From assembly GCA_964658305.1 (NCBI GenBank), contig OZ210885.1:15624001-15688000 (forward strand): DNA of 64,000 bases, written 5' to 3'. The notes beneath the pieces were generated by a model. That model saw only the letters and a list, made by a program, of their open reading frames with translations. It was not told where the DNA came from and did not search any database. Origin of the DNA: Leptogorgia sarmentosa. Its lineage: Eukaryota. Made by a program: the position numbers and the translations under genes. Each line of letters starts with the position of its first letter. Within the stretch, counting starts at the first letter, position 1. Of this stretch, positions 1 through 11,120 are shown piece after piece.

Positions 1-720
1 GCAATGAACTGAAGAATCTTCAAGCTGAGCAAGGAATTAATCTACCATTATTCCCAGTCCAAGATGTTTCAACACGGTGGAACAGCACGTACCTTATGCT
101 TGAAAGAGCATTGACTCTAAAGCGACCACTTCAGATTTACACTGCTAACCACGATGTCCCAGTTCTTAGCTTAAACGAATGGAATCTGTGTGAGAAATTT
201 CTGCGCATACTTCAACCTTTCTTTGAGATTACTAAGCAAGTTAGCTCTGAGAATTCGAAGCTAGGTGACGTTATACCTCATGTCGTTGCCCTTGATCGAT
301 ATTTGTCGAAGCATGGTCATGATAGTTGAGTGCAAACTACTAAAACTGAGATACGAAACGCCCTCCGACAACGACTTCTTTCATGCTTACCCAACAAATT
401 AAATGTCAAAGATGACAAGAATTATGTCATCACAATGGTGGTTGATCCACGCTACAAATTAAAGTTCCTGGACAACAAGGAATCTGCCAAGACGTGGCTT
501 CTAGAAGAGATGCAACTTCAAACAGCAGTTGCGCCAGCTAATACCAATACACACGCGGCAGACGAAGACAACAATACCCAAGAGGCCGCTAGATTGGCTG
601 GAAATAAGCCAATCGAAGGAGAAACGGCTGCGAGACGACGAAGAGATACAAACGCACCCAAATCGCTTAAAGAGGAAATTCATAATGAATTTCTGAAGTG
701 CTATGACGACGTCAGTTCAG
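1..720 (+). pseudogene. hAT transposase, central fragment (disrupted)
   Basis: DVSTRWNSTYLMLER, EWNLCEKFLRILQPFFEITKQVS and VVDPRYK motifs; stop at 327-329; cut at 720 by a LINE. Confidence 0.85.
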
Positions 721-795
721 GATCTTACATCGCTCCTGGTAAGACGTGTGATTTTGAGCTCCGTACTTACACATCTCTATATTGAGTATTTTGCG

Positions 796-2070
796 ATGAA
801 ATTTGTGAATAAACTGAAGTACGATGGTGAAATATACAGATGGACCGGTCTTCTTAACGAATTAAAACAATTCGTTGACGAATGTCTGGGAATCAAGGGG
901 AAATGGACGTCACCTGGTGGTGATGTCAAGCTGTTTACGGCCATCGTTCCTAACCTTGTCATTAAATGGAAAGGCCCTCGTTCGCAAAAACTTGAGATAG
1001 TAGCTGATAATTGTGACCACTACCTAGAGGAGAAGCTTAACGAACTGACCGTTGTCAACCAAAACAAACAAGTAAGTGAACGTGAATCATCTACTAAGAA
1101 TGACGATCTATCGAAGCCATGTGTTTGCACTTGCAAATGTTCTGGTGGAATCACCGTGGCTAGCCTTGAGGGTTTGAAGCTGGATGTAGCTATTCTTGAG
1201 TCGCGTCTTGATATGGTTAGCTCAAGTGGCAAGTTAATCACAGAACTAAAATCAATTCGAAGCAAACAACAAGACGCCGAAGCAACAATCCGAAAACAAG
1301 AAGAGATCATACGTAAAATCTCTGAGGACAATGAATTCTTTAAAGCAAAATTAGAATCCCTCATGAACGTTATCCCTGTTGTATCCCATAATAGTTATGA
1401 GAACAATACCAGTAAGAAAAGAGGCAATGGGTCGGGAGATTCAACAATTTTATTAGACGATCCCTTATTTCGTGATGGGCAGAATAAAACCTACAAACCC
1501 GCTAGTTCAATTACCGACAATGTACCCACCATCGCTAGCGCTCAACATCATGATGGAGAACTTTCAAATAACGCGCCCACCACTAGTCAATTTGGTAATG
1601 AAACCGCTTCCGATGATGTTAATACGAACGCTAATACGAATATTAATAAAGATCTATTCCAGTTACAATTGAAGAACTATCATAATAAACAAAAAGAAAG
1701 GTTTATGCGTAAACAACAAAGAAATTGCACGCATGGCAGAACTTTGCTTAATTCACAAAGATCTCAGTCAAATCAAAGTCAAGGTCAAACTAGTGCCCGT
1801 TCCAAAACCACCTATTCGAGGAATAACTTGAAGAATCATCTTTCATTTATATCATGCCGTAGTCGAGGAAGTCAATATCCCTCTAAGTTGAGTAGAAGAG
1901 GTACTTTCCCTTTTCGGGTGAATCAACCACGCCGTCGCAACCATTCGACCTATACGGCTTACGACCAAGCATCAGACTGGAAGAAATACCTCAGGTATGT
2001 CAACCAGTCATTGAATCACCCGCATATGCAACCACTAATGGAGATCCCTACAGTACCACCCAGACGCTAA
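796..2070 (+). CDS. LINE ORF1-like protein (coiled-coil region, basic C-terminus)
   Basis: Long open frame upstream of ORF2; first ATG inside the element is at 796; heptad-like segment LKLDVAILESRL...IIRKISEDNEFFKAKLESL. Confidence 0.7.
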   Translation: MKFVNKLKYDGEIYRWTGLLNELKQFVDECLGIKGKWTSPGGDVKLFTAIVPNLVIKWKGPRSQKLEIVADNCDHYLEEKLNELTVVNQNKQVSERESSTKNDDLSKPCVCTCKCSGGITVASLEGLKLDVAILESRLDMVSSSGKLITELKSIRSKQQDAEATIRKQEEIIRKISEDNEFFKAKLESLMNVIPVVSHNSYENNTSKKRGNGSGDSTILLDDPLFRDGQNKTYKPASSITDNVPTIASAQHHDGELSNNAPTTSQFGNETASDDVNTNANTNINKDLFQLQLKNYHNKQKERFMRKQQRNCTHGRTLLNSQRSQSNQSQGQTSARSKTTYSRNNLKNHLSFISCRSRGSQYPSKLSRRGTFPFRVNQPRRRNHSTYTAYDQASDWKKYLRYVNQSLNHPHMQPLMEIPTVPPRR

Positions 2071-3757
2071 CAGAGCCACAACAATACGATCGTCTCCCCA
2101 TTCATTTATCAGGCCTTGACAAATCAAATAACTTGGCCCAAGAGCCTATAAAAGTAGTCCCGTTAAGTACTGATCGAATGTCATGCGTGAATCGGAAACG
2201 TAACACAAACAATCTAATACAAATTAAACTGACCATACCCATAAATCTGATCAACCAAAACAATTATAACTTTGTACCAGGAATTATCTTATCAAATGTT
2301 ATGTCCATAGCACCGAAAATGGACGAAATCAGACCATTCGTAGTAGATTCTGGTGTAGACATTGCCGCTTTCACAGAAACCTGGCTAAAGGACTCAGTTT
2401 TAGACTCGGTTGTCGCCATACCTGGCTTCAACATAAGCAGAAAAGATCGCGACGGTAAAATTCACGGTGGGGTTTGCATTTACATCAACAACAACATAAA
2501 ATTTAGTACTCTAAATTATCTGCACAATCAATCGTTTGAAGTTCTGTGGACAAAATTATTACCAAAACGACTTCCCCGTGGAATATCTAGTATTATAGTG
2601 GGAACAATCTATCATCCACCCGCATCATGTAACCAATCAATGATAGAGTACCTGATAGATGCCCTCACCAATATTGAAGCAAATAACTCAAATTGTGGAA
2701 TTATCTTAATGGGTGACTTGAACAGATTGGAAACCTCCCGTATTAATCGTCAATTCAAGCTAAAACAATTGGTAAAATTTGGTACAAGAGGTGAAAAGAC
2801 CCTAGATGTCGTACTAACCAACCTGGCCCAGTTTTACGACCAACCAGAAAAATATGCACCTTTTGGTCTCTCAGATCACTTCACCATCAAAATTCTTCCC
2901 AAAGCTAAGTCGGCTGCTACAAAGAACTTTAAAGTTATCAATACTAGAGATATGAAACAAAGTAACAAAAGAGCACTGGGTAGAGTCCTTTCTACAGTCG
3001 ACTGGTCATACTTGAACGATGCTAGAACTAGTGAGGAGAAAGTGTTAGTCCTTAATGATGTTTTACTCTCGACTATGAACATCATTATGCCAGTGAAACC
3101 TAAGAAAATCCACCTAAACGATGCTCCTTGGATGACAAATAAACTTAAATCCCTTATTAGAAAACGACAACAAATGTTAAACAATGAATATGACAATTAC
3201 CATCCATCTGGAAAATGTCTAATACTGTCCCAATCCCAAAGTCAACGCCTATTCAATCTATTAACAGCCATCTTCGACCAATTTCCCTAACTCCTATTCT
3301 TTCAAAAATAGCAGAAGAATTTATTATCAGGGAACACTTAAAACCTGCAGTGCTCGAAATTATAGACCAAAATCAGTTTGGTGCCATTCCTGGTTCTTCA
3401 ACAAGTCACGCCCTGGTTAAAATGGTACATAAATGGACAGAAGCTACGGATGGAAATGGAGCAAGTGTTCGAGTTGTTCTTTTCGATTACCAAAAGGCTT
3501 TTGACTATATTGATCACACTAAGCTCTTATCAAAACTGAAATCCTTACGTATTCCTGTGCCAACCCTTAATTGGATTATAGACTTTCTCTGCGATAGGAA
3601 ACAACGAGTAAAAATGGCTAGTGATTGCTTCTCCGAATGGGGAAACGTACCTGCTGGGGTACCCCAAGGCACCAAACTTGGCCCGTGGCCATTCATACTC
3701 ATGATCAACGACTTACGACCACTGAGAGTGGATCAATTCAAATTCGTCGATGACCTA

Positions 3758-4291
3758 CAGTGGCGCCGGCAGGATTTTTTTTGGGGGGGGCAATGACCCC
3801 ATTACGCAATAGACAAGCAAAGTTTTGATATAAATGATCACTTACATGACGGATAATTGCAGTGGCGTAAGTATGTTATTAAAATGGGTGGGGGCCGAGT
3901 CTCACGAGACGCCACCATGGTTGGCGTCGAGCGAGAAAATTTTGAGAATTTAGAGCCTCTAGATCGCCGGAAACGGCCATTTCAGAGTGTTAACCAAAGC
4001 CTTAACACTCAGAATAAAGTATAGAGGTCTTAGATGTAGTACAACCACAGCTTGCGAACTAATCGCACAGTTTACAAACCAAATACAACAGCTTGTCCAG
4101 CTCTTAATGGGGGGGAGGAGGGGGGGGGAAGATATTTCGCCCCCCCTGCACCCCGTCGCGGATTCCTACGCTACTGGATAATTGTGCTTTTCCACTTTCA
4201 TTTTTTTTTCATTATAAAAATGAAGACTACTATTTGAAAAAAATTGGGGGGGCAGTTGCCCCCCCTTGCCCCCCCCTTGCCGGCGCCACTG
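3758..4291. mobile_element. hAT-type MITE
   Basis: TIR CAGTGGCGCCGGCA...TGCCGGCGCCACTG; 8-bp TSD ATGACCTA at 3750-3757 and 4292-4299. Confidence 0.95.
3860..4176. mobile_element. Second hAT-type MITE nested in the first
   Basis: TIR CAGTGGCGTAAG...CCTACGCTACTG; 8-bp TSD GATAATTG at 3852-3859 and 4177-4184. Confidence 0.92.
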
Positions 4292-5174
4292 ATGACCTAA
4301 CAATATCTGAAACAGTACCCAAATCTAGCCCAAGTACAATCCAAGCATCCGTAAATAACATACAGGAGTGGTCTGATAATAACTTATTTCGCTTGCACGA
4401 CAAAAAATGCAAGGAGTTAAGAGTAGATTTCAAGAAAACTAAAAGTATATTCCCTCCCATCGTTGTCAATGGAAAACCTTTGGAGACCGTGCAAGAGGCA
4501 GAACTTTTAGGCGTTACTCTCAGATCGGACATGAAATGGAACTCACATGTACATAAGATTATATCCAAAAGTTCTAAACGATTATACTTATTGGTCCAGC
4601 TTAAACGAGCAAAAGTTCCCAAGAATGACATCATTCAGTTTTACAAAACATGCATTAGATCAGTTTTAGAATACGCATCTGTGGTGTTCCACCATTCACT
4701 ACCAAAGTACCTCAGTAGAGACATAGAACAGATTCAAAAACGTGCCCTTTCAATCGCACATCCTGGACTGAAATATGAAGACGCCTTAACGGAAAGTGAG
4801 TTATTGACGCTCGAAGAGAGAAGGGAGATAGCTTGTGAGAAGTTTTTTAACCAAATTGTAGAAAATCCTAAGAACCAATTATCAAACTTTATATCAAAAA
4901 TAGATTTACCCTCCTCCTATGATCTGAGGAATAGTAAAAGTTTTAATATTCCAAAATTTAGAACAGAACGTTTTAAGAAATCCTTTTTAATAGCAAGTAG
5001 TATTAACGCAAATAAGCGATAAATTTTATCAATTTTATCTGTAATATAAATTGTAACATAAGAGATTATTGTAATGACATTAGATATACTTAATTGTAAC
5101 ATTTATTTTTTATTCCCTTGTAATCACCATGTAATTCAGTAGTATTACTGCAAATTGTGTGATGAATAAACTAA

Positions 5175-5223
<49 letters not shown>
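5175..5223 (+). repeat. (CTAT)n microsatellite forming the LINE 3' tail
   Basis: About 12 CTAT units immediately after AATAAA at the LINE end. Confidence 0.95.
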
Positions 5224-5503
5224 AGAAGAAAGTTCTGATGATGAAGAAAGTTGCAGAGAAGAGGAAAATTCTGAAAGAGATCAAACCTATGATCAAACCG
5301 AAGTTTCCAGAGTGCGTCGGAAAAAGCCGAAGGGACCAAGTCTTTCTGAGTTGGCAAGTGAAGTAGCCAGTTACACTCTGACTCCAACTGTTGAAAGGTG
5401 CAAAGACCCTTTAAGTTTCTGGAGAGAAGAGAAATCAGTTTATCCAACCATTGCCAAAGTAGCGCGTCGGTACCTATCCACGCCTCTTCTCCAAAGCTGG
5501 TAA
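5222..5503 (+). pseudogene. hAT transposase C-terminal dimerisation-domain fragment
   Basis: EVASY...DPLSFWREEKSVYPTIAKVARRYLSTP; continues the frame of 330-720. Confidence 0.85.
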
Positions 5504-6073
5504 CGTCTTTGAGGAGCATCGTGCACGCCTTCTTCCACGAAATGGTGAACACTTACTATTCCTGCACCACAACCTTCCTCGATTCCCAAACTGTTAACTA
5601 ATTGGGACACTAATGTACTGTAGTCATGAAAGACATGTCATTTGACTCATTTTAATGGCTCTTGGTGTTATTGTCTTATTGACGTTATATTGTTTAAAGT
5701 TATTGTTAACACTTATAACAGAAACATTTACTGTGGCAAGTTTTTTATATGTTTGCATATAAAGTGTGTAAAAAATTATAAATGTATATGTAAAAACACA
5801 CTTTATTTCGCTTTTCACGGCTTCGTGATAATTGGTCTGTTTGATAAATTGGTATGTTAATTATACTTCACATGCAGTTGTTAAAATTAGACTTTTCAGT
5901 CTGTTTGATCAATTTTATTTAATAAATAAATTCGATATTCCAACTCTCTCGAAATAACAGAGTTCCGGTTCCGGCCATGCTTTTTCAACCAGTTCCGGCC
6001 GGAACCGGATCTCGCAAAAATCAGGGTTCCGGCTGGAACTACCCGGCCGGAACCGAGTTCCGGTGCACCCCTA

Positions 6074-6369
6074 TCTTTAGGTGGTGATTCTGACCTTGCT
6101 CGTTTTGGTGGTGGTTTTTTTACAGCCTCCATAGCTCTTTTTCCCACAAGATCTATTGATTGTTTCCCTGCTTGTTTTCCACTTTCACGTGCTGCTTCTT
6201 TTACTGATTTACCATCAATTACACCAGCAACCATATTTTTTAACAAATCCGCTCCTACAGTCACACCAATTTTACCTATTTCTCCCAAAATAGGTTTAAG
6301 CTTTTCTCCTGCTGTTGCAACGTTTCTACTGCAAAATATGCCTCCCACCCCATAACCCTGTTGACTCAT
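6074..6369 (-). pseudogene. Polinton core/membrane-active small protein (QxGxGxGG type), truncated by hAT insertion
   Basis: MSQQGYGVGGIF followed by amphipathic/basic helices; lies directly downstream of the penton gene. The ORF-track extension to 5896 runs into hAT DNA. Confidence 0.7.
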
Positions 6370-6372
6370 TCT

Positions 6373-7066
6373 TTAAAAATAACTCTTTTGTCTAAAGTGT
6401 AGTGTTATCTATGTATGTCCGCGTTCAAATGAAATACGTTCATTTGTGCTACTCCTTAAAAGAACCTTTGCTTCTTCAAATGATTTTATACGAACAGGTA
6501 CGTAGTGTAGGTTTTTTGTAAAGTACGTCGTTTCACGTTTTTCTTTTATCACAGTAAACGTAAATGTTTGTTTCACGATGTAAATTTGCTTCATGATTTC
6601 CCGTTTCCGTGGTAGTAATCTTTTTAACAATATCGGAATCATCAAACATAAGAAAACCAAGAATAATAGCTTGTTCTTTACGTAAATGAATTTCATACCC
6701 GCTCTCTAATGTAATGATAACTTTTCCTGTGTAAATAGTAAATGTAATTTTTTCCTTATTCTCTTCCGGTATAGATGCATTAATATCTGCGACATATTCC
6801 TTAAGGGTTGTATAGTAATCCTTTAACGGCGCTCCTGTTTTTTTGGTACCGTTTACTGCATAATGTATAGATTCCCCACTTAATTTTATCGTGTTCCATT
6901 TCACATAGGATATAGAATGTAACGCAGCTTCCCACTCGCCATTTAGTTCAATATGCCGGGTTAACTTTGTCATATAGTCCGATGTGGTATTATTAGGAAA
7001 AGAATCTGTAGACTTGTTACTTGGTAGTGTAATGTAAAAATCGGAAGCATTTTCCATAGTGCTCAT
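6373..7066 (-). pseudogene. Polinton minor capsid protein (penton-like), frameshifted
   Basis: N-terminal FYITLPSNKS..FPNNT..Y..KL...IELNGEWEAAL.SISY; IYVYCD; C-terminal LHYVPV...FE....L....ERISFERG...ITLHFR in a second frame, with an in-frame stop. Confidence 0.8.
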
Positions 7067-7116
7067 GATTAAAACGTTAGATCACAAATGACAAAAATAC
7101 ACACACAAATTGCTTT

Positions 7117-8051
7117 TTAAATATTTTTAAATTGAGATGCAGGTATCCATGAATTAAATTTCGATGGATATCCTAACCATTTTACAAAGTATTGCTCATT
7201 TTTCCCTCTACCTTTCTTTTCTAAAACCTCTTCTACTTCGTACACATCATCTTCCTTAATAACTTTTTGTAATTCCTCTTTGTAAAATGTACCGTCAAGT
7301 TCCTCTTGATCATAGTCTTTTAGCTTATACACTGGTGGGTATCGAGGTATTTGTTTGCTCACGGTAAAATTTCTTTTGAAAAATTAGGAAGATACCCCTT
7401 TTCAAATTTACGCTTCATTTTACTTATGCGTACCTGATCACCTATAACAAACTTATACTTTACTCTTTTCTTATGTATTTCTTGGGCGATCACCGTATAG
7501 GGTGTGCCATACTTCTTGCTCGTTTTCTATAGTGACATTTACAGGTTTTTTCTTAATACTACGATGTTTGCTATGATTATATGAGTACGCTAATTTATCC
7601 AACATATCAATGTATCTACGTGTTTTCTTAGCTGTAAAAAAGCGCCACATTTTTGTTTTCAAAGTATGAATGAGGCGCTCCACAACCGATGCTTTTTTCT
7701 CATTGTAAGTATTGTAAAGCTGTATGTCTTCTTGTTTCATCAGTGCTTTAAAGGGTCTATTGAAAAATTCAGTTCCCTGATCCGTTTGAATTTTCTGTGG
7801 TTTTCGTCCCGATTCCAAAATCACTTTAAAAGCCTCTACCAATGCAGGTCCTGTTTTAGTTTTTAAGGGTATAATCCACGCAAATTTTGAAAATACATCA
7901 ATACATACGAGCAGATACCGATATCCGTCATTTTCACCCGCCAGAGGCTGCATGTCAGCTAAATCCATCTGCCATAACTCGTCAATACCTCCGACAATAA
8001 CACGATTCCGTTTAAACCTACGTCGTGCAGGTTTATGTAATGTGTAAGTAT
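7117..8051 (-). pseudogene. Polinton retroviral-like (DDE) integrase, core + chromodomain
   Basis: YTLHKPARRRF, WQMDLADM, YLLVCIDVFSKFAW, IQTDQGTEF, KASVVER, YNHSKHRSI; chromodomain YEVEEVL...YFVKWLGYPSKFNSWI. Contains a stop and frameshift. Confidence 0.92.
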
Positions 8052-8224
8052 TGTAAAATGGCGTGCCTAATTTATGTAAATACCTTAATTAATATGTAAA
8101 GATTACTGTATATATAGGACTCGAGGTGTGCAATAAAGTGTTGTTTTTCCGTGTGTGATAAATTGCTGTTGCTGGTGTGCTGGTCCTAAAGTTCTGAGCT
8201 AGGAAATAAATAGGAGATCTAACA
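8052..8224 (+). repeat. 5' LTR
   Basis: TGTAAAATGG...GATCTAACA; I see one mismatch versus the 3' LTR. Confidence 0.97.
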
Positions 8225-8225
8225 T

Positions 8226-8242
8226 TGGCGACCCCGCCAGGA
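8226..8242 (+). promoter_or_regulatory. Primer-binding site (tRNA-Arg-like)
   Basis: TGGCGACCCCGCCAGGA directly after the LTR, complementary to a ...UCCUGGCGGGGUCGCCA 3' end. The tRNA identity is recalled, not searched. Confidence 0.75.
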
Positions 8243-8246
8243 TCCA

Positions 8247-11113
8247 ATGATGGGATCAGACGATTCACTTGCGTACGATGAACAGGGCGGCGACGAGAAT
8301 TTGTCTTTGTTAAGCTCTATTTATGGTCGTTTGGACGAGCAGTTCAAGCTGCTGCAAGAGCAGAAATTGGCCCAGAGAGTTGAAGCTGAACGGGCCGAGA
8401 ATCATCGAATCAAAGTGGAGCAAATGTTCAACAATTTGGGCGCCAGGGTAAAGCAAACAGAGCTTGGTTTTGAAGCGCTGGGGGAAGAAACGGTCGCAAT
8501 GGCGAAACAAATTAGTACGTTAGAGCAAAGAGCAGTGTTGTGGGACTCGACACAGGAACGAATGGAAACGGTTCACGCGGAGTTGGTTACCGAGATGTAT
8601 ATGCAACTACAGGGAAAATTTCAAAACAAATTTAAGACAATCGAACATCAATTAGCAGAACAAAAGTGCCAGTTGCATAAATTAAAGCGGTCACAGGAAG
8701 ACGCGTTGAATGTGACGAAGGTACAGTTAACGCCCCAAAGCTCTGCTACTAGGGTTGGGAACTCTACGCCAGCAAAATCGACGAGGAAGTTACCAAGTAT
8801 ACCTACTTCAACACAGCGGCGGTCGAGTTACGTAACGGTGACTGACGGTAATGATATTAGCGAGAATTGCAGACCCGTACAAAGGCCTGTGGCGTATAGT
8901 GGTGAGTCTGTATGGGAATCATACATAGCAGGGGCGGATCCAGGGGTAGTCAAAGCGATCACGCGACTAACGTAAAAAATGCAGTTTATGAAATTTTTTC
9001 TCATCTATTTAGAATAGAATAATATTCTAGTTTAAATAAATAGTCCAGTTTAAAATTTCGTCCAGTTGCTCATTAATCTTTTATCTTGTGTCAGTACAAG
9101 TGAACAGCGGCCTAGCGCGTGAGTTTTGATCGGTCACATGTCAAATTCGCGCAATCTGATTGGCCATTCCGTAGTTCTCCATGGCGACCCAGGTTTTGAT
9201 CGATCTAGAGGTTGGTCTGATCGATCTAGGGGCATGTTGGGGGGGTGTTAGAGCTCATACAAGCCACTCAATTGGCTAATTCAAAAGAGTATCTTCATTC
9301 CCATTGGTTGTAATTTCTTGATCGATCATGACCGATCAGACGTTCAGAGAGCTGGTCTCGTATTAGCGCCTTTTCCATACTGCGAGCCTTGAACGCAAAG
9401 GAGAGAATACAGCGAGTATTTCACAATGTCTTGTGATATTTTCGAGAGTGTACGCTCGGTGTTTCAGCAAAACGACCAAGTCTACCCTCAAAATATGTAT
9501 GACGATTTAAAACGCGAGGTTGAAGCGAGAAGACGTCCATCGGTCGAAAAGTTGTTGAGCGCGATTATATAAACAACATAAACATGTGCCTCAGGTGAAA
9601 CTTTAGTGCTGAATCGTTCATCCCCAAATCTGCTCGAGAAGGAAAGACAAGTTCTGTACTGCAATAAGGTCAAGATATTAGTATTATTAGTTTATTATAA
9701 TGCTGGTTTATGTCTTTCTCATGTAAATAAACTAAATAGCGTCTATACATTTCTCGCGTTACGCGTCTTGCTTGCGGCAGCCGGCAAGACTTGATATATT
9801 ACTATTAGATAGTCAATTAAATTTGCATAATTTTGCGCTCGCTTGCTCTAATCCATGCTGAATGCTAATTAAGTAACCGATACACTATTCAAATACACTA
9901 GTATTAACACTACAGTAGGAGTGTTATGTTATTTAGAATATATTTATAATATGATTTTATATGTTATGCTTTATTTGTCTGAGTAAATTGTTGTTCTATC
10001 ACACGTGGCCTGGTGTGATGTGTCATTGCAATTTGATCCCTTTATCGATATGTAACATCTGACTAGCGTTTCTGATTGGAACATAGACATAGAGTTAGCG
10101 ATCTAGCCTAGCAACCAGTCAAAATTTTGCACATTGCAGTTGCCTGTATTTTTTGCCCCCCCCCCCCCGTTGTCAAAAAGGTTTCTCCCTCGGAATGTGT
10201 CAAACATTTTTGACTAAGGTACGAAAAGTCCTGGATCCGCCCCTGATACATAGCGCAATTTGAAATTACCGCACAACTAAATGGATGGGATGACGCTCAG
10301 ATGGCAGCTTATTTGGCAACGAGTCTTAAAGGTCCCGCGTTAAACGTATTGGGAAATCTTCCGCCGGAGCGTCGTCAAGATTATCGTGCCCTTGTAGCAG
10401 CTCTCGAAAGCAGATTTGGCTCCACCCATCGAACAGAGTTGTCACGCGTAAAGTTTAAACATCGAGTGAGGCAAAAAGATGAAAATTTGGCAGCCTTGGC
10501 TGAAGAAATAGAGCGTCTCGGTCGTCTGTCATACCCTGATGCGTCTCAAGAGCTACAAAATGTTCTAAGTTGTGACCAATTTGTGGACGCATTGCCGGAC
10601 GAGGATATGCGTCTCCGGGTCAAGCAAGAAAGGCCGGAGTCATTACAAAAAGCCTTAGAGTTGGCTTTGGAGCTGGAATCATTTCAGATCGCAAGCAAAC
10701 AACGGTCATATAGAACCAGTCGTGGAACGAGGTTTGAGACTGGGAAGACACACACAGAGGAGACGGAGAAAAAGGGGAGTGATTCCACGATCCCAAAGGA
10801 GATGGCCTCCGTGTACGAGATGGTGGATCGTTTGGAGAAGTCCATGCATCAGTGTTTATCGGATATCGTGACCGCGATCAGCAAGCAAGGGAAACCTGCA
10901 ACGAGATCAGGAAAGTCGGGATGTTGGAGATGTGGTAAGCCTGGTCATATTCGACGAAACTGTCCAGCAGAGTCGCCACCGAAGAAGGGAGATCGCAAAG
11001 CTGAGGATCGAGGTAGCACAGATAGACCATCGACCTCCCAAGTCTTGAAGGGGGAGAATGATAACCGAGAAAAGATTTCGGGAAACGTATCGAAGCTGGG
11101 GTCGAGGGGCTGA
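8247..11113 (+). pseudogene. gag: Gypsy Gag (coiled coil, capsid, CCHC knuckle), interrupted by a MITE
   Basis: ...WESYIA|QFEITAQLNGW... across the insertion; CWRCGKPGHIRRNC zinc knuckle. Confidence 0.9.
8929..10245. mobile_element. Non-autonomous hAT element
   Basis: TIR CAGGGGCGGATCCAGG...CCTGGATCCGCCCCTG; 8-bp TSD ATACATAG at 8921-8928 and 10246-10253. Confidence 0.95.
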
Positions 11114-11120
11114 CGTCAGC
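11080..11120 (+). promoter_or_regulatory. Putative -1 ribosomal frameshift signal (gag-pol)
   Basis: G GGA AAC heptamer in gag phase, followed by a GCTGGGGTC...GACGTCAGC stem. The -1 frame runs open into the protease ORF at 11170. Confidence 0.7.

Larger units (their letters stand above)
2133..5022 (+). pseudogene. LINE ORF2 (apurinic-like endonuclease + reverse transcriptase), disrupted
   Basis: APE motifs NVMS, FTETWL, GGVCIY, IYHPP, GDLN, LDVVLT, SDH; RT motifs RPISLT, FDYQKAFD, GVPQGTKLGP, FVDD. Internal deletion/frameshift near 3192 and a MITE insertion at the FVDD codons. Confidence 0.92.
721..5221 (+). mobile_element. Non-LTR retrotransposon (CR1/L2-group LINE), near full length, with (CTAT)n tail
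   Basis: ORF1 plus APE-RT ORF2, AATAAA then (CTAT)n tail. Removing 721-5225 rejoins the hAT frame (...DDVSS|EESSDD...). TCAG is present at both 717-720 and 5222-5225. Confidence 0.9.
1..6073 (+). mobile_element. hAT (Ac/ZBED-like) DNA transposon, 3' part; inserted into the Polinton core-protein gene; 5' end outside window
   Basis: Transposase motifs QDVSTRWNSTYLMLER (58-107) and DPLSFW...YPTIAKVARRYLSTP. CCGG-rich subterminal repeats at 5963-6063 end in ...CCGGTGCACCCCTA (reverse complement TAGGGGTGCACCGG, a hAT-like terminus), after which Polinton coding sequence resumes. Confidence 0.8.
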
